A DNA stretch of 64,000 nt from Pseudomonadales bacterium (GCA_020632255.1 JACKFX010000006.1:13399-77398), one strand, 5' to 3'. Positions 18,687 through 29,621 are shown, counted from the stretch's first letter. Notes: generated by a model from the letters alone, not told the origin. Program-made: numbers and translations.

Positions 18687-19496
18687 ATGACCGATACTAT
18701 TGTCTACATTCCTGCTCTGCACGCCGGAATTCTACAATTCCTGTCAGAAAGTGATGGTACTGTGTGGGTACTTGGTTCAGATGTTATTTCCCTCATTGAT
18801 GAAGAATTTGATTATCTCCGAAAAGAAATCAGAGCACTGAAACCAGAAGATTCTCTCACAGCTGTAACAGCAGTTCTACCGTCTCGAAATTGCAAACTCC
18901 TTACAACTACTGAACTCAAAAAACTCAACACAAAAACGACTTCCCTTCTTCTTCCACAGGAAGATATCTTTTCATGGCTTTACGAAACACATCTCCCCCA
19001 TGCCAAAATATCATTCTCGACTACTTTCCTCAGATGGAACCGCTCAAACACACTCGAAACACACAAGCCAAACACTCCAATCGCAGAAACATTTGCCGTG
19101 GCTAACCAAAGCAGCGACTGGTGGCGTCAAGTCGGTTGTGCACTCGTGAAAGACGGCACAATTATTAATACTGCCTTCAATCATCACCTACCCTCACCAT
19201 ATACTCCTTACATCGATAGCGATCCTCGGAACAGTTTTCATAAAGGAGAACATATCGACCTCTCAACTGCTATTCATGCTGAGGCTGCTCTGATTGCCGA
19301 TGCAGCACGCAAAGGTATTTCTCTTGAGAATGCCGAGCTCTATGTAACAACCTTTCCTTGCCCTGTATGTGCTAAACTAATCGCGGCAAGTGGCATTAAG
19401 AAACTCTATTTTTCTGAAGGGTACAGCATGCTCGATGGCGAAACAGTTCTTAGCCAGGCAGGCGTAAAAACTCACAAAATATCAGAACCAAAGTAA
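18687..19496 (+). CDS. dCMP/cytidine deaminase-family protein with a ~125-aa N-terminal extension of unknown function.
   Basis: The C-terminal half has HAEAALIADAAR...PCPVCAKLI (CDA zinc site). Nothing was recognised in the N-terminal half. Confidence 0.75.
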   Translation: MTDTIVYIPALHAGILQFLSESDGTVWVLGSDVISLIDEEFDYLRKEIRALKPEDSLTAVTAVLPSRNCKLLTTTELKKLNTKTTSLLLPQEDIFSWLYETHLPHAKISFSTTFLRWNRSNTLETHKPNTPIAETFAVANQSSDWWRQVGCALVKDGTIINTAFNHHLPSPYTPYIDSDPRNSFHKGEHIDLSTAIHAEAALIADAARKGISLENAELYVTTFPCPVCAKLIAASGIKKLYFSEGYSMLDGETVLSQAGVKTHKISEPK

Positions 19497-19523
19497 CACA
19501 TTTGTGATATACTTATTTCCACT

Positions 19524-19790
19524 ATGTTCGGCTTAAAACCCTCCCCAGAAATTCGTGCACAATCAACGGTTCGCCGTGCAGAAGTGCAAACAAGCACAGA
19601 CATCGAAGGTTCACTCCGACGCTCGGTAGTTGCTCTCCTCGTTTCCTTTTACTCTGGAAAAGATGCCCTTCATCACAATCAGGACGCAATTAAACTTCCA
19701 AACATCGACACACAACTAGAAACTCTCCTAGAAAACTATCCGCAAGTTGCCCAAGCTATCTTGGAAAAGATTGCTTCTCTGAAGCAATAA
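19524..19790 (+). CDS. Hypothetical small protein (88 aa).
   Basis: ORF only. Confidence 0.3.
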   Translation: MFGLKPSPEIRAQSTVRRAEVQTSTDIEGSLRRSVVALLVSFYSGKDALHHNQDAIKLPNIDTQLETLLENYPQVAQAILEKIASLKQ

Positions 19791-19793
19791 AAT

Positions 19794-20246
19794 CTATCTT
19801 GATTTTCCCACTTTGACCCGAACCGGCTCATACCCTTCGGCATCAATATCTGGCTGAATAAACTGCGCGTGCAAATGATGCACACTGCCCGCAGAATAAT
19901 TTGTGTCTCCAAAGCGCATGACAAAGCCACCGCCTGGAACGTTAAAATGTTTAGACGCCCATTGAAAAACTTCGATCAATTCTCGCCCAGCTTCGGGATC
20001 TACTTCAGTGAGGTGCTCGGCATGCTCCTTATAAATTGCCAAAAGATGAACTTTGGTGTTCTTATATGGCCAACGGTTGTAGGTTAACAGCCAGTACTTG
20101 CCATCAAACAAGGTTTCTTCTGTCTGATGTTCAACAAAGTTCACAAGGCAGAACGGACACTTTCCTGTTGCAACAATTTTGCGCATAACTTGACGCTGTT
20201 CTTCAACACGAGAGTTATCAAGATCAACAACAGCTTTTTTTGTCAT
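19794..20246 (-). CDS. HIT-family nucleotide hydrolase/transferase.
   Basis: Histidine triad SVHHLHAQFI near the C-terminus and CxxC at the N-terminus. Confidence 0.7.
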   Translation of the reverse strand: MTKKAVVDLDNSRVEEQRQVMRKIVATGKCPFCLVNFVEHQTEETLFDGKYWLLTYNRWPYKNTKVHLLAIYKEHAEHLTEVDPEAGRELIEVFQWASKHFNVPGGGFVMRFGDTNYSAGSVHHLHAQFIQPDIDAEGYEPVRVKVGKSR

Positions 20247-20262
20247 AGCATCTTTCCGAAAT

Positions 20263-21180
20263 CTAAATCGCCACTGGTATATCCCACATGCCTTTATGTG
20301 GATGATAATCGGTTAGTTTGAAGTCCTCTACTCTAAAGTCAAAGAGATCTTTTTTTTCCTTATTCATTCGCATGGTTGGCAGGGTTTTTGGTTCTCGTTC
20401 AATCAACTCTTTGACATGAGCTAATTGATCGACATAAATGTGTGCGTCACTAAAACTATGCACATACTCATAGGCTTCGTAGCCAGTGACCTGTGCAATC
20501 ATCATCGTCAACGCTGCGTATTGGGCCAAATTCGCGGGTAATCCAACCGGAGTGTCACTGCTCCGTTGGAACATATGCAGCGTTAATTTCCCATCAATGA
20601 TACGGATATGAATCCACCCATGACAGGGACAGACAACTACTTTTTGTTGCTTGCCGGTGACGCGAATCGTATACTGCGGAATCCAAGGCGAGATGAAGTG
20701 CGTGCGCAGGTGCGGCCGCTCTTTGATCTGCTGGATAATGTTTTCGAACTGGTTAAACGTAGAACCTTCGGCAGTTGGAAAATCATGAAAGGCCGCACCA
20801 TAGCTACCCGGACCCATGTCTCCCGATTCCAATCCACGCTTGGCACACTTGTCGTCTGTCACCCAAGAGTGCCACCAGTCACAGCCGTATTGCTGCAACT
20901 CTTCTTGAGTGCGAGCGCCATTGATAAATCCAATGATCTCCCCTATGGCCTGCCCCCAAATACGTTTACTAATTTTTCGCTCAGTTATAATCGGAAAACC
21001 ATTTGCCAGTTTGAAGTGAAGTGGCTTTGGCCCAATTAACGTCAATGCATCAACTCCTTGCTGAGAAGGTGTACGAACACCATTTTCAACAATTGATGAA
21101 AGTAGCTCTCGATATTGAGTATCTGGGGTCTTCTCTACTGTTTGTGAAATTGATTTTGTGGACGTTGTTTTTGGCATCAC
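20263..21180 (-). CDS. thyA: Thymidylate synthase (ThyA).
   Basis: CPCHGW...FQRSSDTPVGLPANLAQYA...DAHIYVDQ motifs. Confidence 0.9.
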   Translation of the reverse strand: MMPKTTSTKSISQTVEKTPDTQYRELLSSIVENGVRTPSQQGVDALTLIGPKPLHFKLANGFPIITERKISKRIWGQAIGEIIGFINGARTQEELQQYGCDWWHSWVTDDKCAKRGLESGDMGPGSYGAAFHDFPTAEGSTFNQFENIIQQIKERPHLRTHFISPWIPQYTIRVTGKQQKVVVCPCHGWIHIRIIDGKLTLHMFQRSSDTPVGLPANLAQYAALTMMIAQVTGYEAYEYVHSFSDAHIYVDQLAHVKELIEREPKTLPTMRMNKEKKDLFDFRVEDFKLTDYHPHKGMWDIPVAI

Positions 21181-21202
21181 CCACTGTTATATCGTAAAAC
21201 GC

Positions 21203-21772
21203 TTATTGTTTGTAGAGTTGATGTTTGTCAATGTACTCGGCAATAGCCTGAGGTACATATTCAGCAATTGAGTCACCATTTTTGACTGCATCTCTAATCT
21301 CAGTAGAAGAGACAGTAACTTCATCCATATCATGCAGTCCAACCATAAAAGGATATAAGTTTTCAAGTGGATACCCTTTGCGGGGATACATATAAAACGT
21401 AAAATCAGATAGTTTTGGATGACCTTCCAAAAATGCATCAAAACGAGAAATGTACTCTGAACCCATGATCCATGAAAACTCAAAATCTGGAAACTTTTGG
21501 CTGAAGTACTTTAGGGTGGGATAAGTAAAACTTACATCGAGATATTCCGCAATTTGTTGATTTTCACCAAGAACCATCCTGAGCATGGCTACTCGGTGCT
21601 CATAGGCAGCAAGCACTTCTTTACCATATTTTTCTGCCCAAGGATGCTTGAACACGGGTACAAACCAAACCTCGTCAATGAAATCCGTCGCCACCACACT
21701 GGCAACTTGTACATGACCATTGTGTACTGGATCGAAAGCTCCCCCAAACAAGGCAACGCGTTTTTTAAGCAT
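21203..21772 (-). CDS. nadD: Nicotinate-nucleotide adenylyltransferase.
   Basis: GGAFDPVHNGH (HxGH) and ISSTEIR. Confidence 0.85.
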   Translation of the reverse strand: MLKKRVALFGGAFDPVHNGHVQVASVVATDFIDEVWFVPVFKHPWAEKYGKEVLAAYEHRVAMLRMVLGENQQIAEYLDVSFTYPTLKYFSQKFPDFEFSWIMGSEYISRFDAFLEGHPKLSDFTFYMYPRKGYPLENLYPFMVGLHDMDEVTVSSTEIRDAVKNGDSIAEYVPQAIAEYIDKHQLYKQ

Positions 21773-21786
21773 GAGTGACTTCTGAA

Positions 21787-23976
21787 CTATTTTTTTGTAG
21801 TTGCAGCCTTTTTCTTTGTGGTTTTTTTAGTTGATGATGCCTTTGTTGATGAAGATTTCTTTCGACTTTCAAGCCATTTTTTCTTACGCTCCACACGTTC
21901 TTCTTGCTGCTTTGTCCATTCTGCTTTGGTCACCTTCATACCTTTTTCTGGCTTCTTCCATGAAGCCCAGTCACATTCTGGATAGCGATCACAACCAAAA
22001 AATGACTTTCCCCACCGTGAGTTCTTGACAATGACGTCGCCTTCTTGGCACAGTGGGCACTTCACACCCTCAACTGTTTCGTTAATGTTCTCGGTAAATT
22101 TACAATCTGGGAAACGATTGCAACTTTTAAATTTTCCAAAGCGGCCGGTTCGGATAACCAACATTCCACCATCGGTAGCATTACAATCAGGACACTTTTC
22201 TCCTGTTTCCTCGACAGGAATTTGTTTGCGCTCGGCAGAATCAGTGACTTTATCAATTTTTTTGCTCAGCGGTTTGTAAAAGGTCTCAACTACCTTCTTC
22301 CATTCTTTTTTGCCAAGAGCAATTCGGTCTAAGTCTTCCTCCATCTCGGCGGTGAACTCATACTCCATAAACTCTGGGAAGTTCTCCATGAGAAAGTCAG
22401 TGACTGTCAATCCAACTGCAGTGGTAAAAAATCGCTTCTCTTTTCGCTCAACATACCCTCTGTCAACTATTACAGAAATAATTGACGCGTAAGTACTTGG
22501 ACGACCGATACCTCTTTTCTCGAGTTCTTTAATCAAAGAAGCATCATTGTAACGTGCGGGTGGCTGGGTAAACTTCTGCATAAAGGTGCTATCAGAATGG
22601 TAGAGAGCCTCACCGGTTGCAACTTCGGGCAGCAGTGTATCTTCTCTATTTGGAAAAAGTGCAGTCCATCCATCAAATTTCATGACTGAACCATTTGCTT
22701 TGATCTCACCACTTTTAATTTTTTCTGTCTTTTTAGAAGGTTTAAAAGTAATAGTCACCGTTGTTTGAGCATAGACAGCATCTTCCATTTGACTGGCAAC
22801 ATAGCGATTCCAAATCAAAGAGTATAATTTGGCATGCTGTTCAGTAAACTTACCACTTTTGGCGATAATGTCTCTGCCTACAATACCAATTTCAGTCACA
22901 CGAATTGCTTCGTGAGCTTCTTGAGCATTCTTACTTTTCGTACTGAATAGTCGAGGTTTTGATGGTAAATAGTTTTCTCCGTAAGAAGACTGAATATACT
23001 CACGAGCCATATTAATTGCTTGATCTGAAAGGTTTGTAGAGTCAGTTCTATGGTAGGTAATTAAACCTTCTTCATAGAGACCCTGCGCCAACTGCATCGT
23101 TTTTTTACCACTATATCCAAATGTTGTTGCAGATTTCTGTTGCAGCGAAGAAGTTGTGAAAGGGGGCAAACTCTTACGTTTGCGCTCTTTCTTTTCTACA
23201 TCAGTAATCGTGTACTCTGCAGATGGAATAATCTTTTTTAACTCAGCTACATCTGCTTCTTTTTTAGGAGCAAATTTTTTACCGTCAAGTTTCTGAACTT
23301 TTCCGAGAATGATTCCGTCTGGAATGTTATCAAGTACTTTACCTTCTTCATATACTTTTGAAGCTCTCTTTTCTTTCGAGAGAGCGACATCTACTTCCCA
23401 ATATTCTTCTGGTTTAAATGCCTCGATCTCACGTTCACGCTCAGCGAGAAGTCTGAGCGCAACTGATTGAACACGCCCTGCAGATAATCCACGGCGAATT
23501 TTCTTCCATAAGACTGGTGAGACTTTATATCCCACCAAGCGATCCAAAACACGGCGTGCTTGCTGTGCATCTACTAAATCCATGTTGAGTGTAGTAGGTT
23601 TCTCAATTGCTGCTGTTACTGCAGACTTAGTAATTTCATGAAACGTAGCCCGTCTATACTCGATTTTTTTGCCAAGTTCCTTATCTTCTGTAAGTAAGTG
23701 CTTAATATGCCAAGCAATTGCTTCTCCCTCTCGGTCAGGGTCAGTTGCTAAATAAATAATATCAGCATTCTTAGCTTCATTCTTGAGTTTTGTAAGTACT
23801 TTCTTCTTGTCGGCGTTTACCTCATAGGTTGGCTCGAGTGTATCTTCGTCTACCCCCAAGCCACTTTTAGGCAAATCTCGGATATGACCTACTGATGCTT
23901 CAACTCGAAAATCTTTTCCCAAGTAACCGCTTAACTTCCGGGCCTTAGTTGGTGACTCAACAATAACTAGCTGCAT
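21787..23976 (-). CDS. topA: DNA topoisomerase I.
   Basis: Toprim start MQLVIVESPTKARKL, catalytic Tyr region and several C-terminal C4 zinc ribbons. Confidence 0.95.
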   Translation of the reverse strand: MQLVIVESPTKARKLSGYLGKDFRVEASVGHIRDLPKSGLGVDEDTLEPTYEVNADKKKVLTKLKNEAKNADIIYLATDPDREGEAIAWHIKHLLTEDKELGKKIEYRRATFHEITKSAVTAAIEKPTTLNMDLVDAQQARRVLDRLVGYKVSPVLWKKIRRGLSAGRVQSVALRLLAEREREIEAFKPEEYWEVDVALSKEKRASKVYEEGKVLDNIPDGIILGKVQKLDGKKFAPKKEADVAELKKIIPSAEYTITDVEKKERKRKSLPPFTTSSLQQKSATTFGYSGKKTMQLAQGLYEEGLITYHRTDSTNLSDQAINMAREYIQSSYGENYLPSKPRLFSTKSKNAQEAHEAIRVTEIGIVGRDIIAKSGKFTEQHAKLYSLIWNRYVASQMEDAVYAQTTVTITFKPSKKTEKIKSGEIKANGSVMKFDGWTALFPNREDTLLPEVATGEALYHSDSTFMQKFTQPPARYNDASLIKELEKRGIGRPSTYASIISVIVDRGYVERKEKRFFTTAVGLTVTDFLMENFPEFMEYEFTAEMEEDLDRIALGKKEWKKVVETFYKPLSKKIDKVTDSAERKQIPVEETGEKCPDCNATDGGMLVIRTGRFGKFKSCNRFPDCKFTENINETVEGVKCPLCQEGDVIVKNSRWGKSFFGCDRYPECDWASWKKPEKGMKVTKAEWTKQQEERVERKKKWLESRKKSSSTKASSTKKTTKKKAATTKK

Positions 23977-24072
23977 GAATAAAGGTTACTTTCTGTGTTA
24001 CTTGCTCTGAACATGTTCTACTCTATCAAATGGAACGAGAAACTACAAAGATGCAATCTTCAGCCCACTGTG

Positions 24073-25227
24073 CTACTGATTTAGATACCAGAGTATACCA
24101 TCTTTGACAAGCTCTCCCCTAATTTCCATCTGAGCAACAGCAATCAAAACCTCCTTAAGCGTCACCTCAGTTGCTGCCGCCAACTGCTCGACTGTCGCCG
24201 GTCCCTCATTCACAAATCGAGCAATAGCAGCTGAAAGCGAGCCATCATCAATCCCTTGGATAGGCGCCGTTCTCAGCCCTTCTTCTTGAGGTATTTTTCC
24301 CAACACTTCTGCAACCTCGTATCCTGATGTCAGCAGGGTTGCCCCCTGGTTAATAAGCCATTTTGTTCCTTCGCTATAGGGGTTAGTAATAGCACCTGGG
24401 ACGGCGAAAATTGCGCGGCCGTTCTCGGCCGCGCAAATCGCTGTCGAGTGACTACCACTCCGCTGAGCTGCCTCAGTCACTACTACTGCTTTGCTGAGTC
24501 CTGCAATAATTCTATTTCTTTCAACAAAATATCCTGGACGTGGCTCTGTAGCAGGTGCATATTCACTGACAACTGCACCTCCCCGTAAAAGAATTTCTTG
24601 CCTCAAACTTCTCATTCTTTCTGGATATGCATGCTCAAATCCATATCCCAACACCGCCACTGTTTTACCACGGCAAGACAGAGCTTCTCGATGAGCACAC
24701 TCGTCTACCCCATACATACATCCAGAAACGATTACAAAAGCATCACCCACAAGTTGTCGAGTTATTGTTTTGGTGATCAGAGCTCCATATCCAGTCATTT
24801 TCCGAGACCCCACTACTGCCACCATTTCCTTCGACAACAAACGCACATCTCCCTGAACATACAGCACCAGTGGTGGATCATCACAGCTATATAACTGAAC
24901 AGGAAACTCTTCTGATCCCATAATTATGACCGAAGCATTTGATTTCTTTGCTTCCCGAAGAGTTGATATGTAAAATTGTTCGATTTCAGATATTTTTGGC
25001 AATTTATCAATATTTTTAAATAATATTAAAAAGGACTTTTGCGCACTCCCCCACTCCCAAATAGCATCGGGTTTGATTTGGTTGTTAAGTATTTCCACCA
25101 ACATAGCGATAACACTTCTCCTCCCAATACCAGGAAGAGAGAGTAAGTACAAAATTAACCATTGATGCCATGGTTGGCAATTACGAAATGAATCGAGTGA
25201 GTGCATACACTGCAATCTATACGACAA
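24073..25227 (-). CDS. dprA: DNA processing protein DprA (Smf).
   Basis: AVVGSRKMTGYG...VIVSGCMYGVDECAHREAL...VVTEAAQRSGSHSTA. The true start may be an internal Met. Confidence 0.85.
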   Translation of the reverse strand: MSYRLQCMHSLDSFRNCQPWHQWLILYLLSLPGIGRRSVIAMLVEILNNQIKPDAIWEWGSAQKSFLILFKNIDKLPKISEIEQFYISTLREAKKSNASVIIMGSEEFPVQLYSCDDPPLVLYVQGDVRLLSKEMVAVVGSRKMTGYGALITKTITRQLVGDAFVIVSGCMYGVDECAHREALSCRGKTVAVLGYGFEHAYPERMRSLRQEILLRGGAVVSEYAPATEPRPGYFVERNRIIAGLSKAVVVTEAAQRSGSHSTAICAAENGRAIFAVPGAITNPYSEGTKWLINQGATLLTSGYEVAEVLGKIPQEEGLRTAPIQGIDDGSLSAAIARFVNEGPATVEQLAAATEVTLKEVLIAVAQMEIRGELVKDGILWYLNQ

Positions 25228-25260
25228 GACTGACAGGAACTGTAATCACTCCCAAAGAAA

Positions 25261-27222
25261 CTATTCCTCCGGAAACTCCCCATGCATCCAATCAAAAATG
25301 AACTTGGCTACAGGGGCCGCATCTCGAGAGCCTTCTTTAAATGGCTGAGCGTCATCACTTTCAACTAACGTCACAATTACAAGATTTTTGGGGTACTCTT
25401 CCACAAAATGTTGGCTCCAAATCTGGTACAACTCTGAGAGTGAGTAATCTTCAGCTCGACGCTTTTTTATCTCCTCGAAGGGCACTTCTTCCTGAACATT
25501 AATCTCCATAGTTTCTGCAGACCCAGTTGCTTCTTCAGTCTCGACTATATCTACCTCATCACTATTTTCGCTCTGTGCTCTCGCTGTATTTTTCATCTCA
25601 GTAGTGACCGAGAAAAACATCGAAAACCATCCATGCGTCTTTTTATAACCACGCTCATCTGCAATGCCAAACTCTGATGTACCCGTTTTACACGCCACTG
25701 CCCCCTTAGCAACCTCTTCGTAAGCCGAGAGTCCTTCTGTGCGATACTGCTGATTGTACTCAAAAAAAGGATATGCCGTACCTCCCGTAGAACAAGCATC
25801 AAGCATCCCCTCAACAACGAGCTCTATATTCTCTTCAGACATGCTGAGTTCAGAGCAAGTAGCGTCAGTCGATGATTTTTCAATAACCCTAGGAGCACAT
25901 CGGGAGGCATGGTTCGCAAATGCCTGTGTTGCAGAAGCTACCTGCAACGGCGAAACTAACACATCACCCTGACCAATACCCATATGGAATGTGTTTCCCA
26001 GATACCATTTTTCACCGATGGTTTGCTCTTTCCAGATTGGTGTGGGAACAAGACCAGCGGCCTCACCGTACAACTCGATTCCGGTTTTTTGTCCGTAACC
26101 AAAAAGCTGTGCATACTCACCCAGCTTAATAGGACCAACCCACTCGGCTGTTTTGTAAAAAAAGATATCATTGCTCCGTGCGATCGAGCGAACCACATTA
26201 ATATCACCCTCTACTCTACCGTACTGCGTGTAGTACCAGTTTGCATAACTATACTCACCAACATCAAGTACCCCTTCGTCTCGCACAGTGGTCGATTCCT
26301 CAAGTTTTTCCTCTTCCAAACCAGCAATAGCAGTAACTAATTTGAATACTGATCCTGGTGGATACAGTCCTGCCACAGCCCGATTAAAAAAAGGCTTGAG
26401 AGGATTTGAAAAATATGCAGAAACTTTTTTTCGCCGGATAAGTTCATCGGCTGCGGTAATGCCGGTCTGGCTGAGTAGTGTTGCATCATAGGACGGAGCA
26501 TTCACAATAGAAAGCACTTCACCTGTGTCACTGTCCAAAATCACCACAGAGCCGCGCTGATCACCAAGTGCCCGATATGCAACTTCTGACAAGTAGGGAT
26601 CTATTGTCGTCTGTATATCCTTACCAGGAACTCCTAAAACAGAATCGAGTGTGCGCTGTTTTTTACCTAAAGCATTAATTTCGTACGTCGTTGTGCTTGG
26701 CTGACCACGTAGCTCCTGATCATACACGAGTTCCAAACCCATCTTCCCAACACTCGCACTGATAGGAATTCCAGGCTCCTTTTCGAGCTCTTCAGCGGTA
26801 ACTTTGCTCACATATCCCAACACATGAGAGGTGGAGTTTGGGAACAAATAAAAACGTTCTATATCAAAATCAACAGCATCGAGTGCTTTGGTCATCTCAA
26901 CAAGCGCCTCTGAGTGTGATATTGCCTGACGTTGTGAGTACAGTGACTCTCGATCATCAAGCTTATAGTACTTAGGAACATTGACCACTAACGGATCCCC
27001 AAAGCGATCAAAAAATACTCCTCGTTGCGCTGCACCATACCGAGTGTAAAAACGATTTCCATCCGCCTTCAATCTAAAAAAATCGCCACGCATCACCTGT
27101 AAATCAAACAATCGTACAAACAGTAAGGCAAACAAACTACTTGCCACAACTAGAAAAAGCGCTTGAGGCAGTGAAATCATCGCTGCCCGCCATGTTTTAA
27201 GTGGACTAAATACGTTTTTCAT
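25261..27222 (-). CDS. mrdA: Penicillin-binding protein 2 (elongasome transpeptidase) with an acidic C-terminal extension.
   Basis: SxxK (PGSVFKLV) and KTGT motifs. It sits next to mreD, mreC and mreB. Confidence 0.85.
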   Translation of the reverse strand: MKNVFSPLKTWRAAMISLPQALFLVVASSLFALLFVRLFDLQVMRGDFFRLKADGNRFYTRYGAAQRGVFFDRFGDPLVVNVPKYYKLDDRESLYSQRQAISHSEALVEMTKALDAVDFDIERFYLFPNSTSHVLGYVSKVTAEELEKEPGIPISASVGKMGLELVYDQELRGQPSTTTYEINALGKKQRTLDSVLGVPGKDIQTTIDPYLSEVAYRALGDQRGSVVILDSDTGEVLSIVNAPSYDATLLSQTGITAADELIRRKKVSAYFSNPLKPFFNRAVAGLYPPGSVFKLVTAIAGLEEEKLEESTTVRDEGVLDVGEYSYANWYYTQYGRVEGDINVVRSIARSNDIFFYKTAEWVGPIKLGEYAQLFGYGQKTGIELYGEAAGLVPTPIWKEQTIGEKWYLGNTFHMGIGQGDVLVSPLQVASATQAFANHASRCAPRVIEKSSTDATCSELSMSEENIELVVEGMLDACSTGGTAYPFFEYNQQYRTEGLSAYEEVAKGAVACKTGTSEFGIADERGYKKTHGWFSMFFSVTTEMKNTARAQSENSDEVDIVETEEATGSAETMEINVQEEVPFEEIKKRRAEDYSLSELYQIWSQHFVEEYPKNLVIVTLVESDDAQPFKEGSRDAAPVAKFIFDWMHGEFPEE

Positions 27223-27691
27223 GTACTGAATCTGTAACTACCTGATGCTCCCAGTGATACGACTGTGTCATTCCTCGAAAAACGACTCTTCGCACCCAAA
27301 TAATAATCACGATCATCTGAATACAAAAACTCACTACTACCTCTAACTGAATGACCACACCGGCAATTAAACTCAGTGTAGCCGCTTGAACCAGAGATAC
27401 ATAGACATACTCCCAACTTCTAACCTGCAGTGATCGATTTCTTCTCAGTGCTAGAAAAAGTACACCTGCGCTAAAAACCGAAGTTGTCACAAGTGGGTTG
27501 ATCATGTACAACGAAGCTAATAAGATCGCAAAGAAAACCAGTGCTAATATCTGGAAGAAAACATTTTTTGAACCAACTAAATGATGAAACAAAAGAATTG
27601 AAAGAAGCGGTAAACCAGCAACCTTCTCAAGAACCATAATCAAACTTATCAATACGATGGAAAAAAGTAGAGATACTGGAGAACTTTTCAT
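27206..27691 (-). CDS. mreD: Rod shape-determining protein MreD (small polytopic membrane protein).
   Basis: 161 aa and fully hydrophobic, positioned after mreC. Confidence 0.5.
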   Translation of the reverse strand: MKSSPVSLLFSIVLISLIMVLEKVAGLPLLSILLFHHLVGSKNVFFQILALVFFAILLASLYMINPLVTTSVFSAGVLFLALRRNRSLQVRSWEYVYVSLVQAATLSLIAGVVIQLEVVVSFCIQMIVIIIWVRRVVFRGMTQSYHWEHQVVTDSVHEKRI

Positions 27692-28483
27692 TTACCACAC
27701 CTCCACCACTAACTCATCATAAAAGGATACGTATTGCTCGATCACAGCTTCTTTGGTCGGAGCACTTGGAGCACTCATGATTTTACCAATCTTTCCCACA
27801 AACATATTTTTTCGAATTCCCTCCTGGCCCAAAGTAAAAACACGCTCACCCTCAGTAATTTCGATTTCACGAGGGATATGTTTCATAATCACTGATCGTC
27901 CATTCCCAATAATTACCCCTTCGACTCCTGACTCGGTTCTCACTAACACTGGAAAATCATAATTTTGAGAAAGTAGTGTTACTCTTGATTGATCTCGATA
28001 CACTTCTGATACGATTCCAACGAGCGTGCCAGATATCACCACAGCTCGATTGGGGAAAATACCATCTTCCTCTCCTGCGCTGATAGCTGGGTATGCTAAA
28101 GATACAATTGGGGTGGTCACACTCACGGTATCAAGTGTGCGATCACTATTTTCTAACAAAGCTCTAAGTGCTTTATTTTCTGCCTCGACATATTCTAAAT
28201 CTGATACTCGTGCATGCAGTAAACTTACTTCTGTTGATAAATTATGTATTGTTTCTTCTTTCCGAACCCCAGAAAAAAAACTTTCAAACGGAAATGTAAG
28301 AACCGAAACCACTTCAGAACCAACTTGCAAAAGAGGCCTGGACCCAAAAAGTACGGTGTTCTGGATTGCATCATACATTGCAGTGAGTTGCATCAAGCCA
28401 ACTAGCAACAAAGGAAATACAACCATACTTACATATCTGGTTGAACCAGTAACTGCTCGAAAGCCCTTATCTTTCTGTTTCAT
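27692..28483 (-). CDS. mreC: Rod shape-determining protein MreC.
   Basis: N-terminal TM anchor, coiled coil and beta-rich C-terminal domain. The ORF extends to 28522. Confidence 0.65.
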   Translation of the reverse strand: MKQKDKGFRAVTGSTRYVSMVVFPLLLVGLMQLTAMYDAIQNTVLFGSRPLLQVGSEVVSVLTFPFESFFSGVRKEETIHNLSTEVSLLHARVSDLEYVEAENKALRALLENSDRTLDTVSVTTPIVSLAYPAISAGEEDGIFPNRAVVISGTLVGIVSEVYRDQSRVTLLSQNYDFPVLVRTESGVEGVIIGNGRSVIMKHIPREIEITEGERVFTLGQEGIRKNMFVGKIGKIMSAPSAPTKEAVIEQYVSFYDELVVEVW

Positions 28484-29516
28484 GCTGTCCAATATACAAT
28501 GCCAAACTCTTACACACATCAAGCTGAGATTGAGTACTCATTCGAACTGGCGTAGAAAAGGTAGTCTCAAGTAACTCACGCATACCTGCCATCGCACTCA
28601 ATCCTCCAGTAATAAACACCCCACTTTCGAGTGTTTCAGCAACCAAGTGCGCAGGCACTGTCGAGAAAAAATACTGTAATTCATCTAATAACTCTTCGAC
28701 AAAGAAACTAAAAGTATCTGTGAAGTCCTCAGAAGAAATAATCACTGTTTTTCCGGCCTGAGTAACAACATCCTTGCCTCTAACAGTCATTTTGATTGGC
28801 TTTAACCGAGATCCTCCCGTTACAAACGGTGCCAGCGTACAGATTTCTTGTTTAATTGTCTCGGCAATCTGCCAACTGATTTCAATATTGTGCTGTAAAC
28901 GAACCTGTCGCTGAACCGCTTCTGTAAAAAGCACTCCCCCCATCGCAAAATCATGAGTCTGAATCACCTCATCTAGAGTAAAAATGACCGCCTCGCTCTT
29001 CTGTCCACCTAAGTCAAAGTAACAAAACGTTTCTTTTTTACCTTTTCCACCCACTCCATCTAACAAGACATCAGATTCTGCAACCAACCGACATGATCGA
29101 AAGCCTGCCGCTGCAAATACATCTTGGTAAACTTGTTGCTGCACTGGCGAAAGCACGGTTGGTACCACAACCACTACCGAGAATCCAACTAACTTTGTAA
29201 GCGATTCGACAGCAACTTTTTGCAGTAGTGCCTCCAAAAAGAGGGATGCCATCTTATCTGAGACAAACTCCCCTCCTACCATTGGAAAGATAACTTCAAA
29301 CTTGTCAGATACTTTCCCGAGTAACGAAACAGCTTTACTGCCAATCGCAACTACATCTCGAGTACGAGCATGAACAGCTATACACGTTGGTTCTTGATGT
29401 ACTATTTTTCCCTTGTGCATCAATCGTGTAGTAGTTGATCCCACATCGAACAACAAAGGGTACTGTGTCGTCGAAAATACTGGCAATGCTGATAATACTG
29501 CACCTACTCTGCTCAT
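28467..29516 (-). CDS. mreB: Actin-like rod shape protein MreB (divergent).
   Basis: Positional matches to MreB boxes: DVGSTTT, EPTCIAV, VPTVLSPVQQQVYQDVFAAAG, DLGGQKSEAVIFTL and FITGGLSAMAGMRELL. Confidence 0.75.
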   Translation of the reverse strand: MSRVGAVLSALPVFSTTQYPLLFDVGSTTTRLMHKGKIVHQEPTCIAVHARTRDVVAIGSKAVSLLGKVSDKFEVIFPMVGGEFVSDKMASLFLEALLQKVAVESLTKLVGFSVVVVVPTVLSPVQQQVYQDVFAAAGFRSCRLVAESDVLLDGVGGKGKKETFCYFDLGGQKSEAVIFTLDEVIQTHDFAMGGVLFTEAVQRQVRLQHNIEISWQIAETIKQEICTLAPFVTGGSRLKPIKMTVRGKDVVTQAGKTVIISSEDFTDTFSFFVEELLDELQYFFSTVPAHLVAETLESGVFITGGLSAMAGMRELLETTFSTPVRMSTQSQLDVCKSLALYIGQHETER

Positions 29517-29621
29517 GTGCGTAGAATACCTCACCTTACCGGGATTACACAAGCCCAGTCATACACAAACAAAATACTACTGTATTGAAAAGTGTTCAAA
29601 GAAAAAAAGTGCAGTGAATTC

